DNA of 64,000 nucleotides, taken from NCBI GenBank assembly GCA_963799845.1, contig CAWCYI010000006.1:1632001-1696000 (forward strand), in the 5' to 3' direction. Under the pieces are notes generated by a model, which had not been told where the DNA came from, did not search any database, and saw only the letters and a program-made list of their open reading frames with translations. A program made the translations under genes and the position numbers. Of this stretch, positions 41,221 through 51,505 are shown piece after piece; the first letter of the stretch is position 1; every line of letters begins with the position of its first letter. Source of the stretch: an uncultured Nitrososphaerota archaeon. GTDB taxonomy: Archaea; Thermoproteota; Nitrososphaeria; Nitrososphaerales; CADDZS01.

Positions 41221-41469
41221 ATGAAAGTGGTCTTTTCCTTCTTTATGATCGTCAAACTAACGATACGAAATCTGCTTAAGAATTTCGACATAATAGGATT
41301 CGTGAACAAAGAAGAAAATACAAATCCGAGCAAATCTTCAGTGGAAATAAAATTGGCAGAGGGGCTTGATGAAATAGGGACTAAGATTGACGCAGAACTA
41401 GGCTCAACTCATGCAGTTCTAAAGCTAATTTCTATCGAGCAAATAAGGGAAGATAAGCATCACTGCTAA
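41221..41469 (+). CDS. hypothetical protein
   Basis: 82-aa ORF in an AT-rich intergenic region. Confidence 0.4.
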   Translation: MKVVFSFFMIVKLTIRNLLKNFDIIGFVNKEENTNPSKSSVEIKLAEGLDEIGTKIDAELGSTHAVLKLISIEQIREDKHHC

Positions 41470-41624
41470 AAATCACCCACTAGATTGAACAGAACCCGAA
41501 TTTCTTTCTTTAAGAATCAATGAAAACACGCAATCAAACTCTACTTCTACCAGATGCGATCCGATCAGACAATTGCTTGGGATAGGCTTAACTCCCCTCT
41601 TTCAAATCGGCGTTTGAAGAGCAA

Positions 41625-42377
41625 GTGGATCTATCCGTCGCGACGATTCTCTGGGGCAAGTTGAGAAGCACCGATGATTTCAGGGAACTATTGTCGAACG
41701 TAAGGGGTATTGGATTTGATGGAATCGGTTTTGAAACGAGATTCCTGCCCTCCCAAATTCTACGAAAGCCCGAAGTGATACCTGAAATGGTCGCGAGTGT
41801 TGGTCTTGAAAATGTAGGATCTTATTCATCCATGAAACCGTCGGACATTGAGTTTGCTGCAAGGTCTAGGACTCCTTTATTGTGGGTCGTTGTGCGAAGG
41901 GAAAAGACTATCAAAGAAGCGATAAAGACGTTGACAAAGTTCGCCAAACAGGCGATGGATTCTTCAGTCGTGCCGGCCTTACACAACCACTTGGGGACTT
42001 GTTTTGAAACGGAGCAGGAAATTGCGCAGGCGCTTGACAAAGTTGAAGATCTGAAGCTGTGCTTTGATACTGCGCACGCCGAGGCCGCGAATATCGACTC
42101 TCTAAATTTCATAAGAAAATACCGTGACAAGATAGCGCTTGTCCATCTGAAAGATCTTAGGAGGAGAGTCACGAAAAGCAGGGTCTCCTTCACCAAGGAC
42201 TTTGTAAATGTGGGGAGCGGGATTATCGATTTTCAGAAGGTCATCTCGAATCTGAAAGACTGCGGTTACAATGGGCATCTTATGCTGGAGCTCGACGCAG
42301 CAAAAGGAAAGTCGCCCGATCAACTTGCAAGCGAGGGCTATTCTCGAATCGCAAATCTTCTATCGTCGTTTCAATAG
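41625..42377 (+). CDS. sugar phosphate isomerase/epimerase TIM-barrel, paralog of 40112-40849
   Basis: LHNH, DTAH, VHLKD and MLELD; shares GFDG(V/I)G, TPL(F/L)WV and DFVN with the paralog. Confidence 0.85.
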   Translation: MDLSVATILWGKLRSTDDFRELLSNVRGIGFDGIGFETRFLPSQILRKPEVIPEMVASVGLENVGSYSSMKPSDIEFAARSRTPLLWVVVRREKTIKEAIKTLTKFAKQAMDSSVVPALHNHLGTCFETEQEIAQALDKVEDLKLCFDTAHAEAANIDSLNFIRKYRDKIALVHLKDLRRRVTKSRVSFTKDFVNVGSGIIDFQKVISNLKDCGYNGHLMLELDAAKGKSPDQLASEGYSRIANLLSSFQ

Positions 42378-42448
42378 AGTTCGTCCAAAACTTCTGTGCA
42401 AACTTCCGTAAATTTAGAAACCGTTACCGAACCTAAACTTCTGGAGTA

Positions 42449-43066
42449 CTAAATCGCTACAAAGTCGGTCACGATCACAACTGAGCCTATTACAAGGAAA
42501 ACAAGCAAGGAAAGTATCCGCAGGCGTCTCGGTGACAGGTACCGCTTCAGCCGGCTTCCAAGGATCGTTTCTACCGCCGAGGCTGCAACCAGCGCAAGCA
42601 CCGCACCAAGAAAAACAAGCAAGGCGTTTGAAAATCTCGCGACAAAAACAATTGTTAAAATCTCCGTGGCATCGCCTGCAAGATCTAGAATCACTAGCAA
42701 TGAAACCGCCCCAAGAAATATCGACCACGCTGTCTTCCTCTTTGCCCGTTCGATGAGTCTTTTTTCTTCATTTTCCTCCTCATTCGCGCTTACGTACTGC
42801 CAGAACGCAAAGACGATCATTATCACTCCACCCGCCAGCCTGATCCAGAAGACGGGGACGACGCTGACGAGGAAATATCCGACCGTGACGATTATCGTCG
42901 TGGTTATCGTGAAGGCGGTCGCTCCGGCGGCAAAAGCAATCCGTGGTCTTATCCTCGTAGCCAGGGTGAGGAGCAAGAGCGCATCCTTGTCGGTCAGCTC
43001 GGCGATGAAAATGGTCACTACTACCGTGAAGAATGGGACGATCAGTGAACCTATTTCCAACGCCAA
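42449..43066 (-). CDS. TMEM165/GDT1 (UPF0016) family cation transporter
   Basis: Two repeats, AELTDKD and DLAGDAT, similar to the ExGD(K/R)(S/T) motif. Confidence 0.8.
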   Translation of the reverse strand: MALEIGSLIVPFFTVVVTIFIAELTDKDALLLLTLATRIRPRIAFAAGATAFTITTTIIVTVGYFLVSVVPVFWIRLAGGVIMIVFAFWQYVSANEEENEEKRLIERAKRKTAWSIFLGAVSLLVILDLAGDATEILTIVFVARFSNALLVFLGAVLALVAASAVETILGSRLKRYLSPRRLRILSLLVFLVIGSVVIVTDFVAI

Positions 43067-43249
43067 TTACTGATTCGAGTGCTCCATTCCCGTCCGTTGC
43101 AAAATTGTCAATATTTGAGTTCTGTTATGGAATTCACATTGGTAAAATGATCCCCGAGATGAAACCCATTGTTATTCGAAAGATTCTTTATAAAATCAGG
43201 ATGAAGGGTCGGTTCTCGACTCATTCCATCGTGCGGGGCGAATTACCCA

Positions 43250-44474
43250 ATAGTCAACCAAGTAACCAATTCTCTCAGGCAGTTTTTATACCTGCCCAGA
43301 AATGCCTGGATTCTAACTTCGACTTCCGCCGTCTGGACTGTCGGCAGCGCCATGGCCAACCCGTACCAGACGCTCTACTTTTCGGCGCTTGGTGCAAGTC
43401 CCTTCACGATCGGTCTTCTGGTTGCATACGGAACGGCCGTGACGATAATTGCAACGCTTGTAGGCGGCTACATTGCAGATACTCTCGGAAGAAAAAGAGT
43501 CGTGATCGTATTTCAGCTGGATGTCAGTCCTCTCGGCGTTTGTCTACTTTCTGATCGGTTCGTCGATTTTGATCACGATACCTCTCACGATAGCTTCGGT
43601 TTCGAGTCTTTACTCTCCCGCCTTCAATTCAATCATGATGGACTCGATAAACCCGGCCGATAGGGTAAGGGGTTTCTCAGTATTCAATGCAATCAACACG
43701 TTTCCGTCGGTCTTTGCTCCAACCTTCGGCGGTCTGCTTATGAACTACTTCGGAATCCTGAACGGGATCAAGTTTGCCTACCTGGGGTCGACAATCTTTG
43801 GAATCGTTGCAGTGTCGATCCGTACTAAGAGGCTTCAGGAAACCTATCTCGTCAGTCGAAATCCATTGGAGGCTCGACACTCTCCCTGGTTTTACATCAA
43901 GAGTTCTGTTACCTCAGGCGTCACAGCCATCAGGAAATCCGACCCTATCGTGAAGAAATTGCTCCTCTATGTCACACTGGCAGGCGTAGGCACGGGACTT
44001 ACGTCCCCATACATCTCGCTCTACGTTGTGAACTATCTCAAAATATCGCCGGTTAGTTACAGCATAGTCGTAGATTTAGCGGGGCTATCGACTGTAATCT
44101 TGCTCCTCGTCGTCGTCTTTTTGATTCAGAGGTTGGGAGCAAAGAAGAGCACTTTACTTGCGTCCGTTGCTGCGCCTGTCAGCAACGTGATGTTCGCGCA
44201 GGCGAAAACGATGGACGAACTGCTCGAGTGGGGCGTCACTGGAGCAGTCGCGACGGCAATTCAAACGCCCTCGCTTGCAACAATGCAGGCTGAGGCAATT
44301 CCAATAGAAGAAAGGGGAAAGATTCTTGCTATGTTTAGTACTTTACCCGCACTAGTGTCTCTTCCTTCGCAGGTGACAGCGGGATATCTATACACCAATG
44401 TCTCTCCAGTATCGCCTTTCATTATTTCGCTCTTGCCGTTTGGAGCGGCGGCATTTATTCTGGCCACAGCTTAG
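43250..44474 (+). CDS. MFS transporter, frameshifted near 43515 (start uncertain)
   Basis: GGYIADTLGRKR motif A in ORF 43352-43663; the remainder is in ORF 43521-44474. Confidence 0.8.
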
Positions 44475-44564
44475 AAGAGGCAAAAAGAAAATTCTGAATC
44501 AAGAGTTTTTCGATGGCATCGCTGTAATTTCTTCGATAAAAAATCCTTGGCCCGTGATATGTGA

Positions 44565-44798
44565 TTGGCCGTAATTGGTACCGGTATATCGAATGACAAC
44601 ATATACAATTTATTTGGAGATGGATCTGAGGTACAGTTCAGTGATCCATTATTGGGTTTTTACAATCAAAATATTGACGCCATTGCCGAGCCATGCCCAA
44701 TTTGTGAGGAACTCGGAGCCGAGCTCGCTAATCTAGAGGAAAGCGAGCTTATCTGGTTTGAGTCTCACATGGAAAAAGAACACGGACTGGTAAAATAG
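44565..44798 (+). CDS. small protein with CxxC...HxxxxH motif
   Basis: CPIC-x20-HMEKEH. Confidence 0.5.
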   Translation: MAVIGTGISNDNIYNLFGDGSEVQFSDPLLGFYNQNIDAIAEPCPICEELGAELANLEESELIWFESHMEKEHGLVK

Positions 44799-44809
44799 CC
44801 GAGCCCTTT

Positions 44810-45250
44810 CTACTGAGCCGGAATTTGAAGCACATTCATCTTCTGCATTATTCCAGTGAGCCTGTTTAATTTCTCAAGATTTTCCGTCAGAAAGTTCTTG
44901 CCCGCATCAGTCAGAGTGAAGATCCTTTTTCTGCGCAGTTGATTTTCGCCCAGAGACACCCATCGGCCCTGTATCAAGCCCAATCTTTCAAGGGATGCCA
45001 GGTTTGGATAGAGCGTCCCGAAGCTTATTTCGTGATTGAATGATGCCTTTATGCTCTTTCTGAGTTCGTATCCGGTCAGCGGTTTTGTGTGGAGCAAACT
45101 GAGCATTTCCAGGCGGAGTATGTCCGGCATGCGGTCGGCACCGCTGCTTACCGTTTTCGCATGAATTTCTGTTACCGCTGGATCTACAGTCCGGTTTTCA
45201 ATTTCAGCAATAACATTGGAATTCTCGGAATCTTCATGAATACTTTCCAA
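44810..45250 (-). CDS. PadR family transcriptional regulator
   Basis: LTGYEL, SFGTLYPNL and FTLTDAG motifs. Confidence 0.88.
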   Translation of the reverse strand: MESIHEDSENSNVIAEIENRTVDPAVTEIHAKTVSSGADRMPDILRLEMLSLLHTKPLTGYELRKSIKASFNHEISFGTLYPNLASLERLGLIQGRWVSLGENQLRRKRIFTLTDAGKNFLTENLEKLNRLTGIMQKMNVLQIPAQ

Positions 45251-45343
45251 TTCAAAACCGGAGTCCAGTTGAGAGAAATTTGAATAAGATATTTCGGGAG
45301 GCGAGACACCGAGTTTGAATCTATCAACCTAGACCGGATGTTT

Positions 45344-45685
45344 CTAATGGATTGGCAGGATGTTCAAATCCTCTCTGATGTTGTTGAAGGTCTTTACAAG
45401 ATCGAACCCTTTTTCAGTCAGCTCATAATATTCACGTTTTTGCTCGATTCTGACCTGGACCAGTCCTCTTTCAATCAGGATCTTGAGGCAGCGCTTTGTT
45501 TCGATCCATGACATGTTGGCGTGATACATGACCCTGGTCGGGGCCGTTTCGCCCGCTGCAATCACCGAGAGAGTGTCGCAGAGCATCTCCATCTTTGATC
45601 GCCTAACTGCGCGACTCTGGATCTCCTGCTTTTCTGGTTGGTGCTCCTGAAGCTCCACTTGTAGATTCATGTTAAGTATCTTCAA
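45344..45685 (-). CDS. archaeal wHTH transcriptional regulator
   Basis: RRSKMEM, PTRVMYHANMSW and YELTEKG motifs. Confidence 0.85.
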   Translation of the reverse strand: MKILNMNLQVELQEHQPEKQEIQSRAVRRSKMEMLCDTLSVIAAGETAPTRVMYHANMSWIETKRCLKILIERGLVQVRIEQKREYYELTEKGFDLVKTFNNIREDLNILPIH

Positions 45686-45880
45686 TATTGAGTGTAGAGC
45701 TCCGGTTTAATCTCGGTTTCCTCACTCCGTTTCTAAATCCGGGTGAAACGAGCTTTATAGGGACAGAATCCAGATCTTTGAACTTCCCAGCAGCTTAGGA
45801 AATGCTCTAGATCAGATACATCAGAACACGATACGAGTCAGGCGAATCGAAGACTCTTTGTCAAAAGTAAATTTTGATTG

Positions 45881-46684
45881 TTACGTGGATACCATCGGAG
45901 GATAGGAGCGCTTGTGTCTGCTTGCCAAATTGAGTCGAATCACTTCATTGACCAGTGAAAGTGGAGCTCCAGTTTTTCTGCTCACTTCCCGAGGGCCGAG
46001 GCTATGATCGAAGAGTAGAGACAGCACGGGATCGAGGGTTTCATAGTCCGCAGGTAGTTCGTCGGTTGCTTTATGTCCCTTCCACAGATTTGGGCTGGAG
46101 GGTTTTGTGACGAGATTCTTGGACAGACCGAGACGCCGCCCTAAAGCCCTGACCTGTCCCTTGTAAAGATGCGCAATTGGGAGAATGTCCACACCACCAT
46201 CGCCGAATTTAGTAAAATAGCCTAAAAGGTCCTCGCTCTTGTCGCCAGTTCCCGCTACAAGATAATTCTCCTGATTTGCGTAAGCGTAAAGGATCGTCAT
46301 TCTTATCCTGGCTTTCAAGTTCGCCAGGGTGATTTTAGAAACATTAAGTTCCTTCGTTCTCAAGACTTCTTCGTAAGCTGAAACAAGCGAAGAGATCCGG
46401 ATATCCACAGATCTTATACCGAGATCACCTGCGAGCGCCTTTGCATCCCTATAATCGATCGAATCCCTGTGGAAATCTTCAAACAAAAGCAGTCCCAGTA
46501 CTCGATTAGGACCCTGAGATCTCTTGCAGAGTGAAGCTACGACTGAGCTGTCGATACCGCCGCTGATCCCTACAACGAACCCCTTTGCGTTCGAAGACTC
46601 TATGGAGCGGTTCAAGAATTCCGTTATTCGTGCGATTTCAAAGTCTGGATCAATATCCGATTTTATCTTCATTTTCTCTTCCAA
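45881..46684 (-). CDS. nadE: NH3-dependent NAD+ synthetase
   Basis: GISGGIDS, NLKARIRM and GYFTKFGDG motifs. Confidence 0.95.
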   Translation of the reverse strand: MEEKMKIKSDIDPDFEIARITEFLNRSIESSNAKGFVVGISGGIDSSVVASLCKRSQGPNRVLGLLLFEDFHRDSIDYRDAKALAGDLGIRSVDIRISSLVSAYEEVLRTKELNVSKITLANLKARIRMTILYAYANQENYLVAGTGDKSEDLLGYFTKFGDGGVDILPIAHLYKGQVRALGRRLGLSKNLVTKPSSPNLWKGHKATDELPADYETLDPVLSLLFDHSLGPREVSRKTGAPLSLVNEVIRLNLASRHKRSYPPMVST

Positions 46685-46826
46685 AATTTGCTGACCAAAC
46701 TCGATGCTTTAAGCAAAAGGCTTAATCATAATAGATTACTGACACGGATGCGGGTTCGGAATATCGTCGAATCTAATACTACAGTTATATATCAAAGAAG
46801 CCCCGAAAGTCTTTGTCTGCCCTACC

Positions 46827-48629
46827 ATGTGCGGGATAATTGCTTACACGGGTGATGAAAACGCCGCCCCGATCTTGCTTGAGGGGCTGAAGCGGCTCGA
46901 ATACAGGGGATATGACTCCGCCGGTATTCTAACGATTAACGACAACGATCAGTTTGAACTCAAAAAAGACGTAGGCAAAGTTCTTGAAATTCACAATCGG
47001 CTAGATCTGCTCGACCTCAAAGGTTCTATTGGAATTGCGCACACCAGGTGGGCGACGCACGGCGGCGTTACGCAGGAAAATGCTCATCCTCATATCTCTA
47101 ACAACCAGAAAATAGCGGTTATCCACAACGGAATAATCGAGAATTACAAGGACCTCAAGGCACAACTAGTGTCGGAAGGATTCCACTTTTTCAGCGAGAC
47201 TGACACCGAAGTTGTCCCCAACATGATAGAGTACTGGATGCGGATTCGCGGCGTAGATTTTGTCCAGGCGGTGCTCAACACCTTCCAGTCATTGGAGGGA
47301 AATTTTGCAATAGTGGTAATTGACAGGGACTCGAAAACAATAATCGGTTCAAAGAACGGCTCGCCGCTGGTACTCGGAGTCGGGCAAAACAATGATTTCT
47401 TTCTTGCGAGCGACATACCCGCGTTCCTTGATCAGACTAAAGACGTTGTGTACCTCTACGATGGCGATACCGTGGTAATCAGGCAGCCAAAGCTCGAGGG
47501 CGAGGTGCGTCGTTACGAGATTCTGGATTTTCGGACTGGAAAACGGGAAGAGAGACCCGTTCAGAGCGTCTCGTGGGATATCGAGCACGCCGCAAAGGGT
47601 GAGTTCGATCACTTTATGCTAAAGGAGATATTCGAGCAGGCCGATACGATCAAGAGAGCCGCCTCCCAAGACAGGGCGACGATCGAAGAGATTACGGCAC
47701 GGATCAGAAAAGCGCGCGGTGTCTTTCTGATCGGATGTGGCTCGTCGTACAATGCGTGCCTCTCCGCAAGTTATCTATTTTCAAAGCTGGCGTCTTTTCA
47801 CATCAACACGGTTCTCGCCAGCGAGTTCTCGGCGTATGAGGATTTTCTCAAGGAAGACACACTCGTTATCGCGGTAACGCAGAGCGGCGAGACAATCGAC
47901 GTACTTGACGCGATAAAGACGGCCAAGCAAAAGGGCTGTCAGATTATTTCTATCGTCAACGTAATGGGATCTTCCGCTACGCAGTTTGCGGACACTTCTT
48001 TATTCCTGAATGCCGGACCCGAGGTCTCCGTGCTTTCGACGAAGACATACACAGCTCAGCTCGCGGTGCTTACCCTGCTCGCATTCTCTTTGGCGGGAAG
48101 GTATGACGAGGGAGTTCGCGAGTTGAAGTTTCTTGAGAACATTCTCCTCAATCTAACATCCCGGCATATGAGAGACGAGATAAAGGAGCTCGCAGACAGG
48201 CTCGCGACCACGGAGCACATTTTCGTCCTGGGAAGGGGGTCTCTATACGCGACCGCCCTGGAGGCGGCATTGAAGATTAAGGAGGTTTCGTACATTCACG
48301 CGGAAGCCTTCGCGGGTGGGGAGTTGAAACACGGCCCCATCTCCCTCATAGGGAAGGGAACCCCAATCATAGTGTTCTTCTCAAAGGACACCGAGTCGAA
48401 GATTCTCTCGAATGCTATGGAGGTCAAGAGTCGTGGAGGATATCTTATCGGTATCGGACCTGCAAAGCTTGACGTGTTCGACTTTCCCATAAAAGTCCCG
48501 GAGAGCGAGGAGCTGAACCCCATCTGCCAGATTATTCCAATCCAGATCCTCGCTTATCAGCTCGCGGTAATATTAGGGCATGACCCCGATAGGCCGCGAA
48601 ACCTGGCGAAGAGCGTTACTGTCCGTTAA
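46827..48629 (+). CDS. glmS: glutamine-fructose-6-phosphate transaminase (isomerizing)
   Basis: MCGI, LEYRGYDSAG, HTRWATHG, QSGET and PRNLAKSVTV motifs. Confidence 0.97.
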   Translation: MCGIIAYTGDENAAPILLEGLKRLEYRGYDSAGILTINDNDQFELKKDVGKVLEIHNRLDLLDLKGSIGIAHTRWATHGGVTQENAHPHISNNQKIAVIHNGIIENYKDLKAQLVSEGFHFFSETDTEVVPNMIEYWMRIRGVDFVQAVLNTFQSLEGNFAIVVIDRDSKTIIGSKNGSPLVLGVGQNNDFFLASDIPAFLDQTKDVVYLYDGDTVVIRQPKLEGEVRRYEILDFRTGKREERPVQSVSWDIEHAAKGEFDHFMLKEIFEQADTIKRAASQDRATIEEITARIRKARGVFLIGCGSSYNACLSASYLFSKLASFHINTVLASEFSAYEDFLKEDTLVIAVTQSGETIDVLDAIKTAKQKGCQIISIVNVMGSSATQFADTSLFLNAGPEVSVLSTKTYTAQLAVLTLLAFSLAGRYDEGVRELKFLENILLNLTSRHMRDEIKELADRLATTEHIFVLGRGSLYATALEAALKIKEVSYIHAEAFAGGELKHGPISLIGKGTPIIVFFSKDTESKILSNAMEVKSRGGYLIGIGPAKLDVFDFPIKVPESEELNPICQIIPIQILAYQLAVILGHDPDRPRNLAKSVTVR

Positions 48630-49138
48630 GACAATCTCACGTACTGCTGGGCATCTCCGGACATTTGTGAGATTACCACCGCGGTCCCGAAAGCAATTAT
48701 CTCGTCCATGGTATTGCCTACTTCGGTCGAGTCAAAATTTACGCTGATAACCGCGTTCGCCCCCATGCTCTGCGCATGTTCCTGAAGCCTGTCCAGTGCC
48801 TGCTGTCGAGCCTGGTGAGCGAGTTCAGTGTACTCCTTAATCTCCCCTCCGCCGATTGTTCTCAATCCGGCTATGATGTTGCCACCGAGCCCTCTTGATC
48901 TAACTGTAATTCCGTAGGTCATTCCTAGAACCCTGTCGATCTTGTATCCAGGAACATACGGCGCGGTAAACAGCATCGGAAGCCCCCAACCACCACCTTG
49001 AGCATTAACCGTCCCAAGCGCTGCGACAGGTGCTGTCACGGCTGCAGTCGAATTAGGAGTGGGCTTCAACTGAGCTCTGCAGTTTGGACAAAAAGTTGCA
49101 TCGTCGCTGACTTGTTTCCCGCACTTTGGACAGAACAT
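48626..49138 (-). CDS. YbjQ/UPF0145 family protein with N-terminal zinc ribbon
   Basis: CPKCG...CPNC, GGEIKEY, GANAVI and AFGTAV motifs. Confidence 0.88.
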   Translation of the reverse strand: MFCPKCGKQVSDDATFCPNCRAQLKPTPNSTAAVTAPVAALGTVNAQGGGWGLPMLFTAPYVPGYKIDRVLGMTYGITVRSRGLGGNIIAGLRTIGGGEIKEYTELAHQARQQALDRLQEHAQSMGANAVISVNFDSTEVGNTMDEIIAFGTAVVISQMSGDAQQYVRLS

Positions 49139-49184
49139 TTAGAAAATCTCTTGTCCAGTCCAAATCTGTCCCCGGTATAAAACG

Positions 49185-50388
49185 CTAACCCAGTTTCTGA
49201 GTATCGACTTGCTCGGGGTTCGGATATTTCCTTGCCCAACTAACAACGAGCGGTGCAAAGAATGCAAGGCAGATCAAACTGGAAAAAATCCAGGCGAACT
49301 CGTATCCTACAAAGATGACTGCGTATGAGAAAAAAATCGGACCGAAAAAGCTCCCCACCAACGACAACGTAATTGCCCAGCTGACTCCCAGCACTTCATA
49401 CTCCATTTCATGCCTGCCAAGTCTGTCTCGATGCCGCAACGCAGACTATGAAACCACCAGAGCTGAAAAACCCGACAAATAAAGTGGATAGAATCGAGCC
49501 GTTCAGATTATTTAGAGCACTCACCGCTAGTCCAAAGGCTGTAAGGGTCCCCAGGCATAGAATTAGCGGCTTCATTTTCTTCGTCCGGTCGAATATTTTG
49601 CCGAAAATGACCGAAGCCGTGACGCCGGAAATTGGAAGAAGACTAGCTATCAGTCCCGAGACCAGCGGATTCTGCCTCAACCCCGACGACAGATAGAACA
49701 CCATGAAATTTCCCACGAGTGCGCTCGCAAATTCCAGTCCGAGCAAGGAGATACCCACCGTCAGGAGCCACCTGTCAAGAAGAAGGTTTTTGATCTTCGG
49801 AACGTGGATCTTGAAATCCTCTCTGATTGACTCTCTCGGCATTATTGCGAGAAATGCGAGTCCGACCACCAGCCCTGTGGCAGCATTCGACGCGAGAACT
49901 ATGCGCCAGCCGTACTGAGAGGCGATGATTGTGTTTCCAACGTAGGCGAAGATTCCTCCGATCAGAGAAAAGGCGTCATAGACCCCAACTCCAAATCCCT
50001 CTTTTCCGGGAGGATAGTAACTAGCTATCAAACTCACTCCCGGAGTGAACATGAACGCGAGGCCCGCGCCAATGATGAACCTCAATACAATCAGGCCGAA
50101 GGCATCAGACTGAACAGCGCTCGCCAGCGTGGCGAGGGAAGACATCGCGGTCCCGATGATTATCGTACCCTTCATCCCGATCCTCATAGAAAGAAGTCCC
50201 GAAGGTATCTGGCAAAGCCCGACGCCCGCGAGAAAACTCGCAGACATCAGCCCCAGCACGGATATGCCGAGCTTCAGATCTGAAGCGATGAACGGAAAAA
50301 TTGCCGAGGAATTGAACCAGAATATTCCAGAAACAAGACTAGTCAGGAATAAGATCGATATTGCAGGAAGGCTGGTCTCTCGTTTCAA
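49185..50388 (-). CDS. MFS transporter, frameshifted near 49415
   Basis: Multi-TM ORF 49408-50388 continues in ORF 49185-49439. Confidence 0.8.
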
Positions 50389-50523
50389 CTGGATTTGTCA
50401 AGGTGAAAGTAACCTTCTAGTAAAAAGTATCTAATGAAATCTTTTGCATTCTAAGCTCAAACATGTACCTATTTTTAGGGCAAGGTTTTTCTGTATCGGG
50501 GTGAATATCTGTCAGAAAAGTCG

Positions 50524-51036
50524 TTACGTCTTGGTCGCGGCACCAGCAGCCAGCTCTCCCTGGTATCGTCCAGAATACTTTTGAGAAAATTCTTTGTCAG
50601 ATTTCAAAATTATGAGCTGTCCTATCCTGGAAAACTTTTGGATTCGCGCTGGTCTGTGGCAGACGAGCATGACTTTTGGCTGGCCCGAGTAGCCAGGATC
50701 AAATAAAGCTGTTCTTACGTCGAGCCCGTTTCTGAGCAGCGTCGATCTCGGAAGTAAGATCCCAATAGCGTCTGGAGGAATAGTGGTGATCTCGTTCAGC
50801 TCTACAAAATAAGCTCCTGCTTCAAGATCATAATATGAACCATTGACTAGAGGTACATCCTCTAACGTCGAATTCTCTCCCTTTGCAATTCCCAGAGTGA
50901 ATCTGGTCTGCGGGAAAGAATGAATGTTGTTAACTGTTACATCGAACCCGGCAGGCTGTTTTTGCTCGCCGGAATCCGCGTCGATTACTTTTCTAACAAG
51001 TAGATCAATCTCGTCGCCCGATAATATCCTCGGCAT
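50524..51036 (-). CDS. dCTP deaminase/dUTPase family protein
   Basis: QPAGFD, PRSTLLR, DPGYSG and RIGQ motifs. Confidence 0.88.
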   Translation of the reverse strand: MPRILSGDEIDLLVRKVIDADSGEQKQPAGFDVTVNNIHSFPQTRFTLGIAKGENSTLEDVPLVNGSYYDLEAGAYFVELNEITTIPPDAIGILLPRSTLLRNGLDVRTALFDPGYSGQPKVMLVCHRPARIQKFSRIGQLIILKSDKEFSQKYSGRYQGELAAGAATKT

Positions 51037-51077
51037 TTCTGTCTACGAGGAATTTATCGGATTGATAAAGCGTTTTT

Positions 51078-51446
51078 CTACTTTCGTCTCTCGGACATCA
51101 GGCGATATACTTCAGGTATAGCGGACGCGTAGCCAACGTGCACGCAGTCCTTCTTCTCATCAAGCATGCAGATCAATTCTTTGCCATGGACCTGAACTTC
51201 GACTATCCGTCCAATTTTGTTGTCCTTGATCATGATCGAGTTATCCTGCAGGCCAATCTTTTGCATGTATGGTGCTGCGAGCGACAAATTCTCGTCAGCC
51301 TCGATAGTTTCAATTATCAGATCATTGACGTATTTGGAAAAACTCTTCGTTAGTTTCTCGGCCCTGACTTTCTGGTTATACCTCTGCTTCGCCTTGTCAT
51401 GAGCCTGCTGAGTAATGGTGATTACACTAAAGCCTTCCTTGGGCAT
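51078..51446 (-). CDS. hypothetical protein (RHH-like N-terminus, Cys/His C-terminus)
   Basis: FSVITI...SFSKYVNDLI; LICMLDEKKDCVH. Confidence 0.7.
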   Translation of the reverse strand: MPKEGFSVITITQQAHDKAKQRYNQKVRAEKLTKSFSKYVNDLIIETIEADENLSLAAPYMQKIGLQDNSIMIKDNKIGRIVEVQVHGKELICMLDEKKDCVHVGYASAIPEVYRLMSERRK

Positions 51447-51505
51447 GTTCTCATTACAGTAAAATTACAGGACGTCTTATATCCTTTACTGTCTCAATGG
51501 AGCGA

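Noticed and set aside
46685-46826. glmS ribozyme
   Set aside because: Short divergent promoter region shared with nadE; no ribozyme-like motif seen
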